From Callorhinchus milii (taxonomy: Eukaryota), in contig NW_024704742.1 in NCBI RefSeq assembly GCF_018977255.1, positions 55,368,001 to 55,432,000 on the forward strand: a stretch of DNA of 64,000 nucleotides. Reading direction: 5' to 3'. The translations under genes were made by a program, and so were the position numbers. A model generated the notes under the pieces. It searched no databases. It was not told where the DNA came from and saw only the letters and a list, made by a program, of their open reading frames with translations. Below, in pieces: positions 49,500 through 62,526 of the stretch (positions are counted from its first letter, which is position 1; the number at the start of each line of letters is the position of its first letter).

Positions 49500-50022
49500 T
49501 CACAAAGTTATGGGTTGAAGCCCCATATTGGGACTTGGAGCTTATAGTCAAGGTTGACACTTCAGTGCAGTGCTGGGAGAGTGCTGCATTGTCAGTGGAG
49601 GCGTCCTTCGGATGTAATGTTAAACCAAGGTCCCTTCTGCCTGTTTGGGTGGATCTTAAAGATCCTATGACACTATTTAAAAATAGAAGGGAGTTTCTCC
49701 TGGTGTCCTTGCCAAAAATCCCCAAGATAAGATTGATTGTTTGTGGAACATTGTTCTGTGCAAACCCGCATTTGCCTATAAATAGGCAGTCAATACACTT
49801 CACAGTAAATCCTAAAGTAAAAGAAGTTTGAGACGTTGCATTGATGTGATGCTGATGCTATATCAAAAGCAAGGATTATTATTGTTATTATTATACTATC
49901 AAACCTATTTCGCCCAGTCAATTCACTTTACAGAATATTCCGTGAAGTGCTTTGAGATATCTCAACGACGTGATAAGGCGCTATATCAAACGCAAGGATT
50001 ATTATTGTTATTATTATTATTT
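49500..50022 (+). mobile_element. Deu-domain SINE followed by a second SINE tail
   Basis: GGTTGACACTTCAGTGCAGTGCTGGGAGAGTGCTGCATTGTC; two ATT tails. Confidence 0.85.
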
Positions 50023-50224
50023 CTACGTAAGTGTAAGCACTTACTGTCCTAAAGTAAATACTATAGCTTACGTGAACACCAAGGTTTTGTATTCCCTTAC
50101 TGCCCAGGTATTCTGTGACAGCAGAAAGCAAGTCTTTAATATCAATGCCAATTGTACTTGTGCAGACCAGGCTGCTTTCATTCTGCTGTGACCAGTCTTT
50201 AAGAAAGACCCAATCACTGCAGTA

Positions 50225-50438
50225 AAATCCCACCTGGGTCTAGATTTAGTCTATTAATGTAGCATTTTAGAGTATCCAAAATTTGTCTAATTGTTGAATT
50301 CAATTATAACTTTGAACCCCGTTTCCTGAAAAAACATAAGAAAACTGGTTTCAAAAAGGCTGTGTTTAATAATCTGACGAATTCTGAAAGTTCTGAAATG
50401 CTATGTTAATAGAGTAAATCTACACCAAGGTGGAATTT
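50225..50438. repeat. Long imperfect palindrome (arms about 100 bp)
   Basis: AAATCCCACCTGGGTCTAGATTTAGTCTATTAATGTAGCATTTTAGA versus reverse complement AAATTCCACCTTGGTGTAGATTTACTCTATTAACATAGCATTTCAGA. Confidence 0.85.
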
Positions 50439-51194
50439 ATACCCACACATGGAGGATTTAGATACTTGATCATATTGAATATAGTGTAAAGCCATAGTAC
50501 ATTGGCCGAGCTGAGACAAACTCTTGATAAATCAGGGAGCAAAGAGATGCAAAAGATGTCTTCACTGGGAGTTAATTCCTTCAGGTTGTTGTTCAAGTCA
50601 CAACCAGTAATTGCGGGCTATTCTCTTAAGATGGATTCCAGCCTGGAGCCAGGAAATGGCGTTAATGCTGAGTTTGTTGATACCGTATATCATAATAACA
50701 GGTATTGATTTTCAATTATGGTTCTCTCAGACATCTTCACAACCTGCTGCAGGTCAGAGACAATATCCAGATAGTCCCAAGAGCAGCCTATCAATCAGCA
50801 TTATCGTAACATATTAAAAAATTCCCATCAGTTGTGAAGTTTCACTGAATGTGATGCATCCCACGCAACACTTCCAAAAACACAGGTGAGCCTCTAAGTG
50901 ACCCATCTATACTGCACCAAGGACGGACACTCTCTTGGCACACAACCTTGGCCTCCTCCTTAAGCGCTCTGAGATGCTACCCTGCATTAAGGGCGCCACT
51001 ATATAAATCTAAGTTATTGTTGTTGCCCATTCTTATCACTGAACCTCAATACCTCTCAGAAGATGTTTCCAAAAACTAGCCCATCAGGAACCATATTGTA
51101 GGCAGATCACACTTTTTCTGAGGGCTGTCCCTCCTCTAAAGCCCCACCTTCCTCCACCTACATCTAGATTGAGCAGAAAGTGTACATTGCTGTC

Positions 51195-51440
51195 AATAAA
51201 GATCCCATGGCACTATTCAAAAACAGAAAGTGGTTTCACCCAGTGTCCTGCTCAACAATCAGAAAAAATGGTCATTCACTTCATGTCTGTTTGTGGGACA
51301 TTGCTGTGCACAAATTGGCAGCTGCATTTACCTACAAAAATACATAATCACTACACTTTACAGTGAAACCTGTGAAATGCTTTGAAACATGCTCCTAATG
51401 TGAAAGGTGCTAAATTATATCCAAGGACTATTAATTATTA
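51195..51440 (+). mobile_element. Deu-domain SINE, 3' half
   Basis: TAAAGATCCCATGGCACTATT..TGGGACATTGCTGTGCACAAATTGGC. Confidence 0.85.
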
Positions 51441-52414
51441 GAATTTCAGTCTGGATTTCATGTCAATCACTCATGAAATCACCATGTTTCCTTTGGCAGC
51501 TGTTTGGCAGGGTACACATGAGTGCATCACCTCAGGAGGCCTGGCAGGTGGCAGAGGAGAAAGCATGGAGAGCAGCTGGTGTGATCAGGTCTATATGGAT
51601 TAGTGCTCAGTGGACTATATGCCCATTTTCATATTGGACTGGGAATAAAACCTCACATCTTCTCTATCGGGCACGGTAATACGATTTGTCTTAGTGTTGA
51701 CATAACTCTTATGGAGATTGAAGAGTTTACTGCTTTAATCTCAGGATAGACCCATGGATTCAATGAATTTTTATGAGAAAGTTTGTAAATAACATTTCAA
51801 CTTTGTTGGACTGTGACTCAGTATTTCCTAAGGAGTTTAGTAATTTCATTTGCCTTATTATTCATGACCTGCACATTCGCAGAGGTGTAAAAGCACCTTT
51901 ATTGTTGGTTGTTGTGCTCATGGCTGTGAGAGTATTGTCTATAGCTCTCAGATGTTAGGGAATCCAGCAATCCCATCATTGTTGACAACCAGCAGAAATC
52001 CAGTATATTTAACTTGTCCATTTGACTGAAGTAGCTGTCAGTTGTGCAACATACGTGGGAATAGAAAATTCATGTGTACCTGAATGTCTGTTTGTATCTG
52101 AAAGGTTCCTAGAACACAGAATGTTAATACTGCAGGCAATTTCCCTATGATTGACGCTGTATAGAAATGGCACAGGAGGAAAAGCCAACCAGAACCAGTC
52201 ACAGCCATTGCGCTTTTGGGTCATTTATCTATCTGAAAAAAGCCTGAAAGTCCACCACAAAGTTAGAAGGCAAAATACTTTCTGCAGAATTTAATTTGTT
52301 TCCCTACTTCTCAGCATATTTCAGTGGGAATCGAGCACTTACATTCATAATCTGAGAGTTCATATTAGAACTTCTAGTTTGCATGTACCACATTTGCAGC
52401 CCCAGTATCAAATA

Positions 52415-53545
52415 TTAATAATCCTTGCATTTGATATTACGTCTTCTCATGTTAGTGAGATGTTTCAAAGGGCTTCACAGTATTTACTGTAAAGTGTAGC
52501 GACTGTGTATTTGTTGGCAAACATGCAGCCAATTTACATACAGCAGTGTTCCACAAACAGTCATGAAGTGAATGAATAACCAAATTTATTGGGGGCAGGG
52601 AGTGTAGGGGTAGAAGAGTGGCCAAAGGTGTGGTCGAAGAGGAGAGTCTTAAGACATGCTTTGAGGGAAGCAAGGGAGGGAGCGAGGTGAAGGGAATGTG
52701 AGATGGAGTTCCAGAGGGTGGGGGCAGAGAGGCTGTAGGCCTGACCACCGATGGTGGGGCGGTCCAGGTGGGGGAAGTGGAGCAGGCCGGAGTCCGCTGA
52801 GTGGAAGGAGCGAACAGGTTGATATGGCATTACCAAGTCACAGAAATAGGAAAGGCTTTGAAGGCGAGGATGAGGATTTTGAACTATATTCTCTAGGGAA
52901 TGGGAAGCCAGTGGAGCCAGGCGAGGGTGGGGGTGATAGGGCCTGGTGCGGGAGAGGACACGAGCAGCAGAGTTCTGGATGATCTGCAGCTTGTGGAGGG
53001 AAGAGATGGGAATGCTAACAAGCTTAGTTAGCTTAGTTAGTTAGTTGAGCTTAGTTAGCTTAGTTGAGCCTGAATGTAATACAATACAACACAAATTAAA
53101 TTTGTATAGCGCCTTTGACATCGGGAGGATGTCCCAAGGCACTGGACAGTCAGGGATTTGAATGCGTGGATGAGGGTTACGGTGGCCTGAGAGTGAGACA
53201 GTGGCGGAAACTGGGTGATGTTGCGAAGGTGGGGGAAGGCAGAGCGGGTCATGGCACAGATGTGGGGTAGAAAGAACAGCTGAGGGTCAAACAAGATGCC
53301 AAGGTTCCGGACTGGCTCAGTGAGGTGGAGTGTGCATCCTTGGATGGTAATGTTACCAGTGCCTAAGGTGTGGAGGCGCTGATGGGAGCCAATGAGGAGG
53401 CCCTCGTTCTTGTTGAGATTCAGTGCAGCACTCCCCTAGCACTGAAGTACCAGCCTAGACAGTGAAGTCAAAGTACTAATCTAAAGCTTGAAACATCACT
53501 TTCTGATTTAGAGGCGAGAATGCTACCAACTGAGCCAGGCTGACT
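52415..53545 (-). mobile_element. Deu-SINE split by L2-A (52590-53420), which itself holds a second L2 tail and an (AGCTT/AGTT)n repeat
   Basis: Deu 3' part at 52415-52590 and head at 53420-53545; L2 ORF2 remnants between; extra tail at 53077-53160; simple repeat at 53020-53069. Confidence 0.8.
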
Positions 53546-53589
53546 AAATTACTAAATTATTAAATATTCTTGAATTAACAAATGCGAAT

Positions 53590-53825
53590 TGTAATAATAG
53601 ATAATAGTCCTTGTATTTGATATAGGACCTTATCACATCGTCAAGACGTCTCAAAGCCCTTGACAGGATATGCGGTAAAATGGATTGATTGTGTGTTTTG
53701 TCGGCAAAATGTGGCAGTCAGTTTGCACATGGCAGTATCCCACAAATGGCCATGAAGTGAGGGACCAATTTTATTTGGGGATTGGTGGCCAGAACACTGG
53801 AAGAAACTCACTTCTCTTTTCGAAT
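53590..53825 (-). mobile_element. Deu-SINE 3' half
   Basis: Similar to 37850-38050. Confidence 0.8.
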
Positions 53826-54945
53826 GTCCTGTTTCTGTGTTGTACAATGCTGTTTGTAACCACTTTGTTGATGGAATTATTTTTGTTAGATGTAATGTAT
53901 ATTTGTTGACGGATGAAATATATATTCTCCTTGGTCCACATATATTCTTTAAGAGTTTATCAGATTAAAATACTTATTCTGAGGTTGTTATTGAGGAAAA
54001 TGCTGTGATCCTGTTTAACTGATAGTCAGATGCCGTAAGCAAATGAATGTGAGACCTGACTTTGCAGATGTTAATATTGAGAAGTGTGCCGGGATGGGTG
54101 AGGGAGCATTTTTCTGGGGTACATCAGAGCAATGTGCATTCAAAACATAAAACATTTCTAAATTTAAACCACAAGTTAGATCCCAATGTTCAGTTAATGG
54201 TATAACTCCTATCAGTCATTTCCACTAGATATAGTATTCCAGAGATTACTATTTTAAATGGTTGCAATGCAACATCAACAAAGACCTTGATGTTTGCATC
54301 CTTGAAGAGATAGATATGAAACAAAGCACTTCAATTTGTTTCAATCAAAGACCTAATTTAAGGCAGCACATCTGGGATATGGCTATTTCCCCTCTTTCAA
54401 TTAAGCAGTTTACCAATAACAGAGTCCCTCTGTGTTATATCTATCTCCTACAGCTGACATTCAAATCCTCCCAGGTCAACAGGGCTGTACAGGCTTGCAA
54501 ATGTAACACCATTACTACAATTCTTTTATTTCTAAAGTGACAAGGCCATGCATCCTTCATAATTGTGCTGCTCCAAAATCTGACAGGCAGACATTTTTTA
54601 CGTATAGGCTGCCCTTGGAGGCCTTAGGCATTTGACATTTTCGATACAAATTTACCTAGTTGACAATCCTCCCGAGGACGGAGGCTAAGGCACTTGATGG
54701 CATTCCTAATGTCTTCAATCAAAGTTTAATTTTTAGCCCAAACCTCAAGGGACTTGATAGGAAAAAGGGTGCAAATTGAAAACATCATGCAAGAACTATT
54801 GGATTTTTTCTATTACAAGTTGTAAACACTCTCCCATTTTTTTCTTGGTAATGCAGGATGCAATAGTTTTACAACAGAAATGGGCCAAATGGAGAGTTTG
54901 AATGAGAAGTTTCAGGTTAGTAGTCACACTGTAAAATGTTGCAAG

Positions 54946-55272
54946 TTATAATAATAGTAAAATAATAATAATCCTTGCATTTGATATAGCACTTTTCACG
55001 TCTTTTAGAATATTCTGCATATATAGAATATATTCACAGAATATACTGCAAAATGAATTGACTGTATATTTGTGGGCAAAACGCGGCAGCCAATTAGGCA
55101 CAGCAGTGTCCCACAAACAGTTGTGAATTGAAGTGACCAATTTTATTATTATTGTTTCTTTTTGAGGGATTATTATCAGGTGTGTGGAGTAAAGAAACTT
55201 GCCCAAGGTTTCGCTCTGCCGAGAATCAAACCCAGGTCTCTTGCTTGCGGGGCGAGTGTTCTAACCACTGAG
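54946..55272 (-). mobile_element. SINE family A, short form
   Basis: Similar to 14004-14318. Confidence 0.9.
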
Positions 55273-55640
55273 TCAACATGTTGTCGATATCCTAGCCACA
55301 TTTATTCAGGTATTTATTGAAACCCCTCAAAGTAGTCACCGAGCTATTTTCCCTTGGAGTGACAAGGTATCAGGATTAAATTGCTCTCTTGTATGAGATT
55401 TCAGCTCACACAGGTACTATGTATAAAATTAGCATAGTATAAGCCAATCTTTTAACAGTCTAGAGTAGACTGGGTGTAATCAATACTTAGGCCCAGCAGC
55501 ATTTTTTATTTTCTTGTACAACCTTTACATTATTAAAACTCCTGCAGATTTAGTTTACAAAGGCTGCCAAATAGGAAATCAGATACCCAGTGTTTTGTTA
55601 TGACTACCTGTTACCTATTCTGTCTAACTAACAGAAACAT

Positions 55641-55888
55641 GCTCTGCCCCCACCTTCTGCAACTCTATCCTGCAGTCCCTCTGCCCCGCACCCTCCCTAG
55701 CCCCCTCCAAGACCTGTTTCAAGACCCTCCTCTTCGACCGTGCTTTTGATCTCCCTGCTTCCCCCCACACCCTCCACCCTCCCCGATTCTGACCACCCTC
55801 CTCAGGTCAAAAACACTGACTGTCCAGTGCCTTGGGATGTCCTCCCGACATGTAAGGCGCTATACACATGTCATTTTGTTGTTGTTGT
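55641..55888 (+). mobile_element. L2-A 3' end
   Basis: AAGACCCTCCTCTTCGACCG; CTTGGGATGTCCTCCCGACATG; (TTG)n. Confidence 0.9.
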
Positions 55889-55931
55889 AACATATTGTTG
55901 CTGTATTCTGTATTAAAGTTGTAATAAAGTT

Positions 55932-56333
55932 CCTATTCGACTTCAAGATCCTCACACCCATGTTCAAGTCCCTTCACTCCCTGGCATCTCCCTACCTCTC
56001 TGACCTCCTCACTCGCCAATCCACCACTCAGCGCCTCCACTCGACTGGCACTGGCCTCCTGCTCATCCCTTGCACCCTCCGCCCCACCATCGGAAGTCGT
56101 GCTTTCAGCCACTACGCCCCAAAACTCTGGAACAGTCTCCCTCAATCCCTCCGCCTTGCACCCCCCTCTCTCTTCTTTCAAGTCCCGCCTAAAAACTTTC
56201 ATCTTTGACCGTGCTTACAGCCACCTCCCCTCTCCATCTCCCCCCAGCTCGGAGTAAGGCTCCGCCACTGTTAAGCACTCTAAGACGCTACCCTTTGTGG
56301 AGGGCGCTATATAAGTGTAAGTTGTTGTTGTTG
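55932..56333 (+). mobile_element. L2-B 3' portion
   Basis: IDFKILT..GSRAFSHYAPKLWNSLP; tail GACGCTACCCTTTGTGGAGGGCGCT..(GTT)n. Confidence 0.9.
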
Positions 56334-56402
56334 TAATAGACTTGAATATTGAATATTCAGCTTGCTTAGAAGCTACCCTGTGTGAAAGGCACTATATAAA
56401 TC

Positions 56403-56550
56403 ATCACAGAATCATAGAATTATACAGCACAGAAGGAGGCCATTCGGCCCATTGTGTCTGTGCCAGCTTTTTGAAAAGAGCTGTCCAATTGAATCCCAAT
56501 ATCCCTTACTCTCGCCATAGCCCTGCAAAGTTGTCCTCCCCAAATAATTA
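56403..56550 (-). mobile_element. CR1 3' end
   Basis: ATCATAGAATTATACAGCACAGAAGGAGGCCATTCGGCCCAT. Confidence 0.88.
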
Positions 56551-58334
56551 CCTAATTAAATGCCAGTTATTGTTGATTAATGCTAGGTAATTTGAAGCGC
56601 TCGGGGACACTACCCTGGGTGAAGGGCGCTATATAAATGCAAGTTGTTGTTGCACTTCTAAGAACTGGACTACACTTTACATAATAGATACGTGTAAAGA
56701 ACCATTGAAGTCATTTTTACCGAATTTCACTGAAAAATACTTGCTTTTATTAGGCAAGTAAACTGGTAAAAATGTTTTTCTCTCTAATTTGAACGCCAAA
56801 AAAACAAATTAACCAATCTATTTACAGTGATCTGGATGGTGGGCACACATCATTTCCTGGCAATGCAAACACTCTGATTTGTGAATCCAGTTGTGTGATC
56901 ATACGTGAGGTGACGCACAAAGTTTTGAGAGAAATGGTGTGTCAATACTGACCTTCGCACATTTGGATCTTCTAAAAGAATGTCTGTAGTACAATACAAA
57001 CTTGTGCACAATGTATTGTTAGAATTAGAGATCGAAAAAATAACAGACAGAAGACAGAAAATTGGAGATTCAGCGGCAGAGATGGTAAAATACAATTTAC
57101 ATTTATATTAGAGACAGAGAAAAAGAGACTCAGAGAGTGAGAGTGAGTGAGCGAGAGAGCCACAGAAAGATTTTTATCAAACTTACGCAAGGTTTTATGC
57201 AAATTCCCTGCCCCTTTCATTTTCTCCCATTTGTGTCCAGCAAAAAATGACCCTCTTATTTTGTGGATAAAAAGGACTTTAATAGCCTTTAGATTGTTGT
57301 CATCACATGTAATGCTGTCAGAGATCACCAGAGGTTAGGTTGAAGAAGGCCCTCATTGTTCCAATATAAATGAAGCCACCCAGAGATCATCATGACCTTC
57401 ATCTGTTCATACATAAATTGGTAGGAAACATGTACAACCGAGAACAATTCTGCTCTAGTTTCCTTTTTTGTTTACAATGTCATCTTATTTAGCTTTAATT
57501 TTTTGAGCAACAAATTGCCATTAAACATGAAACTATTCATGATTTTTATTGCAAAGCAGATTCTGTAATTGATTTTTTTGCTACGTATTCTAAAGTGGAC
57601 ATCAAATTCACATCATCGGTAAATTATTTTCAATACACTGTAAATATTTCCTTGAAGTACATGGATCATCGTACGAAGACTGAATAAGAAACAAGCTGCA
57701 TATATATTTGAATGCCTTTCGTACTTGATATGTAATGTTTTATCCTATCACTTTATGCTTATTTTAAATTGTTTTCTTAAACTGGTTTTGCATTGGTATT
57801 TGAGATTGCACTTTTCAGGATGTGCTTGCATTATTTTTAAAAATAAATTATATCAATGCACAAAAAAAGAAAGTAACAGAAGAATAGATGAATCCTTTAT
57901 TAACCTGCTTTCCGTATAGACTGAAACTTGTCAATATTTTAAGTAATATGGAATCACTATGGTATTCCTAAATATATTTCATTCCTTAATCATCTCCATA
58001 ATAATAAGAAATGGTACAGAAATGTGGTAATAACACATTTAGAACTGAACACCCCTTTCTTTAACCTTCGCCTCCCCCACCACCATTCACAGTTTCAGGA
58101 GAGTTTTTTGCTCCAAATTTTTCAGAATGGGAAAGGTGCCATTTAGTTTTTTTAATAGAGTAAACAAATAGATGTTTGGATTTCTTGCTGTTTTTTTTAC
58201 TTTAAATTTTTACTTTTCTATTGTAAGGCAATCCTGTTGTAGTACAGTTGTCCAGGGAACAATATCTCAGATGCTGCATTAGAAGGCAGCATGAAAAANT
58301 AACTGATTTCTGGCTTGTCAGATCACTGCAGCTG

Positions 58335-58460
58335 TTACTTCCTGCGTGTTGTCTGCACGCGCGCTATGAGCAAAACATGCTGCTGACATTACTTCTATGA
58401 CAAAGTGATGTTAGCAGGGCTTTCTGCACGCAGTCTGTGTGGGAGTGACGTCAGCAGCAA
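58335..58460. promoter_or_regulatory. Candidate enhancer/promoter motif cluster
   Basis: TGACGTCA(GCA) at 58446-58456, TGCTGAC at 58381, TGCACGC at 58354 and 58425, GCGTG at 58344; CpGs retained in non-repeat DNA. Confidence 0.4.
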
Positions 58461-60324
58461 CCTGATAACTTGGAAGTCAGAAATTTTTTAATGCGGGAAT
58501 CTTGATGGTCTGAACCAGAAATGAGAAGTGCACCACCCTTCCTGTAACCATGTAACAGGGCACACATGTTAACAGTGGACCTGCCTCTAAAGAAGCGCTT
58601 AATAATGGGATTTCCTGCTCTTTCAGGTCACTCTCTCGTGATAAAGCACGAGATCCGTGTGAGGATTGAGAATGTTTTTAATTGGATGGATTTTGTATAA
58701 CTTTGCCAGGTAGTGGATAATAAAATATACATTCTTAAAAGTATTAAAAACAAAGATGATGGAAATTCGATTCTGAAAGGAGGAGAAAAGTCTGGCTGAT
58801 GTGTTTTGTAGCCCAGGGGCACTAAGGCTAATTGTAGAAGCCTAACTGGTTGAGATCAGCTAACCCAGAAGAAAACAGTCTGGTATTCTAAACTGAAATT
58901 TTCCAATCTATACGAGAGATCTGAAGTCAGTGAGCTCCTGCCACCAACTCTTATCAAAAGCTCTGACCCCACAAGATGAACACCCCTTGGAACACACTTT
59001 GTAAAGTGAAAGCTGTTGATTACTTACTGCCTGTTAAATGCTCCATTTTGATCACAAAGTTCCGCGATGTAATAAGAAAACTTACTGTGTAGCTAATATT
59101 GAACTGAAAGCTTTTTTTAAAAGAAATCTACTTAAAGGATGAAACGATGTTTCAGAATGCCCCTCTAGAAATGTTATCAACACAATGCATCATGTTGTAG
59201 AAAAATCAACACATTAGTTTATGTTGTACCCGATTTGTGGACACCTCTGACTTGACCTCTATATTGTTTTATAGGATATTCTGCCATGTCGCAAAGCAGC
59301 AAAAGTGTTTGATGTCAAGTGTATTGATCTGTATTGCAGTGCTATTGACTTTAGCGTAAACCTATTACTAGTCGTACCACATAGCACATTTATCAAAGAG
59401 AATACATTTGGAAGAATAGTTGTGTTCCACTTATTTTCTATAAAAACCTGTATTGAGAAAGTAGTTTTAACAAATACATGCAGTTTCTTCCATTTTTATG
59501 TATTCTGGCAATTTGATGGCCATCAAATATGTCCTTTAAAGTGGTAGTTACTTCAGACTCGATAGAGCGGGGGACACAACAGAATATAATCACACAACTT
59601 ACAGCAGGTTCAGGAGTGAACTGTTAACACCTGACAAGAATTTTAAAATCCAAACAGTGCCAAGCTTCTAATTGAAAAAAAGAGTAGTGTGGAGCGAAAA
59701 AGAAAGTTTAAAAGAGGGTGTGAAACAAACGAAAGTTTTACAATAGCAAAGATGCAATTTCTATTTATATGTACGTATATATTGAATTACATAGAGCGAT
59801 GTGAAAGAGATAGGCCTTTCGGACTGTGAATTTGGTAGGCAAACACAGCAGCTCATTTAGCGTGAAAAAGCAAACTGGACTTCGGTTTAATGTCTCATCC
59901 ACAAGACAATGTGTTACTTTCTCAGTGCAGTTTGGAGTGTCAGCAAGATTATGAATGAATCAATAATGCTGATTCTTGGTCAACTATTTAGAAAATATTA
60001 ATATTCTAGTCCATTTAAATGTACCACAAAGATGTCAGAACCTTAAAACTGGGGTCCTGATCCCTGACCGTTCAGCGCCTTGAAAGGCACTTTACAAATG
60101 TAATTTTGTTGTTGTTATTGTTGTTAAACAATTCCAGAGTTTGCAAACAGAATATATACATCAAACTAAAGAACTCAAAAAAAAGATATGTCATCATGTT
60201 CAAGCTACCTTGGGCCATTACATTACATAATCCAGTAACTGAGTCAAAATACCCAAACCAGTTTGTCAGTTGATGGAAATTTTTTTTTGCTGCAGATCAA
60301 CTTCATGTTAATATGGTGAGAAGA

Positions 60325-60660
60325 CATAGAATGACAGAAATTTGCAGCACAGAAAACCCTTTAATCCATCGTATCTGTGCTGTCTCTTTGAAAGAACAAT
60401 CCATTTAGTCCTGCGTTTTGAACAACAGCAACAACTTGCATTTATATGACACTCTTCATATGGGGTAGTGACTCGACTCACTTTTTGGAGTGCTTTTCCC
60501 TAAGGCCCTCCAGAATATTCCTCTTCAGATATCTATCTAGTTTCCTCTTGAAAGCTAATATGGATTCTGCCTCAACCACCACACCCGCTAGAGCATTCCA
60601 GATCCTAATAATTCTCTGTTTTAAAAAAAATTCTCCTAATCTCCCCCTTTGCTCTTTTGG
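60325..60660 (-). mobile_element. CR1 3' end with an L2-type tail inserted (60422-60480)
   Basis: GCATTCCAGATCCTAATAATTCTCTG and CATAGAATGACAGAA tail; CAACAACTTGCATTTATATG insert. Confidence 0.75.
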
Positions 60661-60796
60661 TAACTAGCCTTATTATTACACCTAATGGGCATTTTGCCCA
60701 CAAATACACAGTCAATCCACTTTACAATATTACCTGTGAAACGCTTTGAGATGTCTCGATGATGTAGTGCTATCTGACCGTACCTTACCCCAAAGG

Positions 60797-61175
60797 CAAC
60801 AACAACAATAAAATTATATTTATAGAGCGGCTTTCACATCGGGAGGATGGCCCAAAGCGCTGAACAGTCAGATGTCGGAGCCTGAGCATGGGGGAGAGGT
60901 GGTGTAGGAGGGAGGGAAGGCAGAGAGATGGGAGGGAGACCAAAGGGTCGAAGAGAAGGGTCTTGAGACCGGCCTTGAAGGAGGCAAGGGAGGAAGCGAG
61001 GCGAAGGGACCGTGGGATGGAGTTCCAGAGTGTGGGGGCAGAGAGCCTGAAAGCGCGGCCACCGATGGTAGGGCGGGTTAGGCGGGAGACATGGAGCAGC
61101 CCGGAGCCCGATGCATGGAGGGAGCGGGCAGGTTGGTAGGGAGTCAGCAGGTCAGAAAGGTAGGAGGCCCTTAAA
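60797..61175 (-). mobile_element. L2-A 3' end
   Basis: GGRAFRLSAPTLWNSIP..FKAGLKTLLFD. Confidence 0.92.
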
Positions 61176-61194
61176 GGTGACCAAACCAACCAAA

Positions 61195-61750
61195 AAGCCT
61201 TGTGCATGCATTTGTCACCTCCCACCTAGATTACTCAAAAACACTCCTTGCTGGTCTCCCCAGCTCAATTATTCAAAAGATCCAGCTCACTCAGAACTCT
61301 GTCACCCGTATATTTACCAGGACCAAACTCTGTACCCACATCTCACCAGTTCTGGCCAGGCTCCACTGGCTCCCCATCACCGAATGGATTGACTTCAAGA
61401 TCCTCACACTTGCGTTCAAATCCATTCACACCCTGGCACCTCCCTACCTCTCCAACCTCCTCACTCCCCAATCCACCACCCAGCGCCTCCACTCGACCTG
61501 CACCAGCCTCCTGCTCATCCCTCGCCCTCTCCGCCCCACCGTCGGAGTTCGTTCTTTCAGCCACTATGCCACAAAACTCTGGAACACTCTTCCTTGCCTT
61601 GCCCCCCCTCTCCCCTTTTTCAAGTCCCGCCTGAAAACCTTTGTGCTTATGGCCACCTCCCATCCATCCCCCGCCCGGCTCAGAGTCAGGTTCTGCCACT
61701 GTTAAGTGCTCTTGAGTTGCTACCCTGCATGGAAGTCATTGTTGTTGTAT
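61195..61750 (+). mobile_element. L2-B 3' portion
   Basis: 167-aa ORF HAFVTSHLDY..LHWLPI..LWNTLP; GCTACCCTGCATG tail. Confidence 0.92.
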
Positions 61751-62367
61751 AATAAATGCAAGAATTATTATTATTTATAATAATAACTTACATTGGCATT
61801 TGCAGGCATTTTGCTTTTCATATCATACAACTGGTTCCTTACTTATTTTAGAAGCATAAGCTTCATGTTGCTGCAGATTAACTCCAATGGGATCTCATTT
61901 CTCACACGCAATAACTTGGATCTCATTGCAATTCCTCTAAAAGCCTTGCAAATTTAGGCTTTACACACATTTTTGGTGACCAGAGGTATCTTCCACCCAA
62001 TGTGTTTTCAATTGTAAAATTACTTTACGTACAAAGGCACCATCATGTGACTTTCAGCACGGACTTCATATATAAAGCTGTAACCCTAACTGCAGCTGGA
62101 CCAAAGCCAGCATAGACTCTTTGAACCCTGATGGAATCCTGTTTTTATCTGTTACCAGATCAATGAGTCAAAGCCCTAGGCCTCTCTATTTAACACCATT
62201 GTGGGAGCACCATATCCTCGAGGACTGAATTTTAATTCTTGTTGGAAATCGGCACAATTATATATGTGAGGATTATGATATTTAATGTTGATTTTATGGC
62301 AGTAAAAGGAGAAGGCCTACATGGGAACTAGGGATGGACAATAAATGCAGGTCAATGTAACTCTGTC

Positions 62368-62526
62368 AATTTGGTCACTCAATCCACGACGGTTTGTGGG
62401 ACACAGCTATGCACAATTGGTTGCCATGTATCATGCACAAAACACACAGTCATTCCACTTTACAATTTGAGATGTCTCAATCATGTGATAAGATACTATA
62501 TTAAATGTAGGTATTATTATTATTAT
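62368..62526 (+). mobile_element. SINE family A 3' half
   Basis: TTGGTCACTCAATCCACGACGGTTTGTGGGACAC; (TAT)n tail. Confidence 0.82.
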
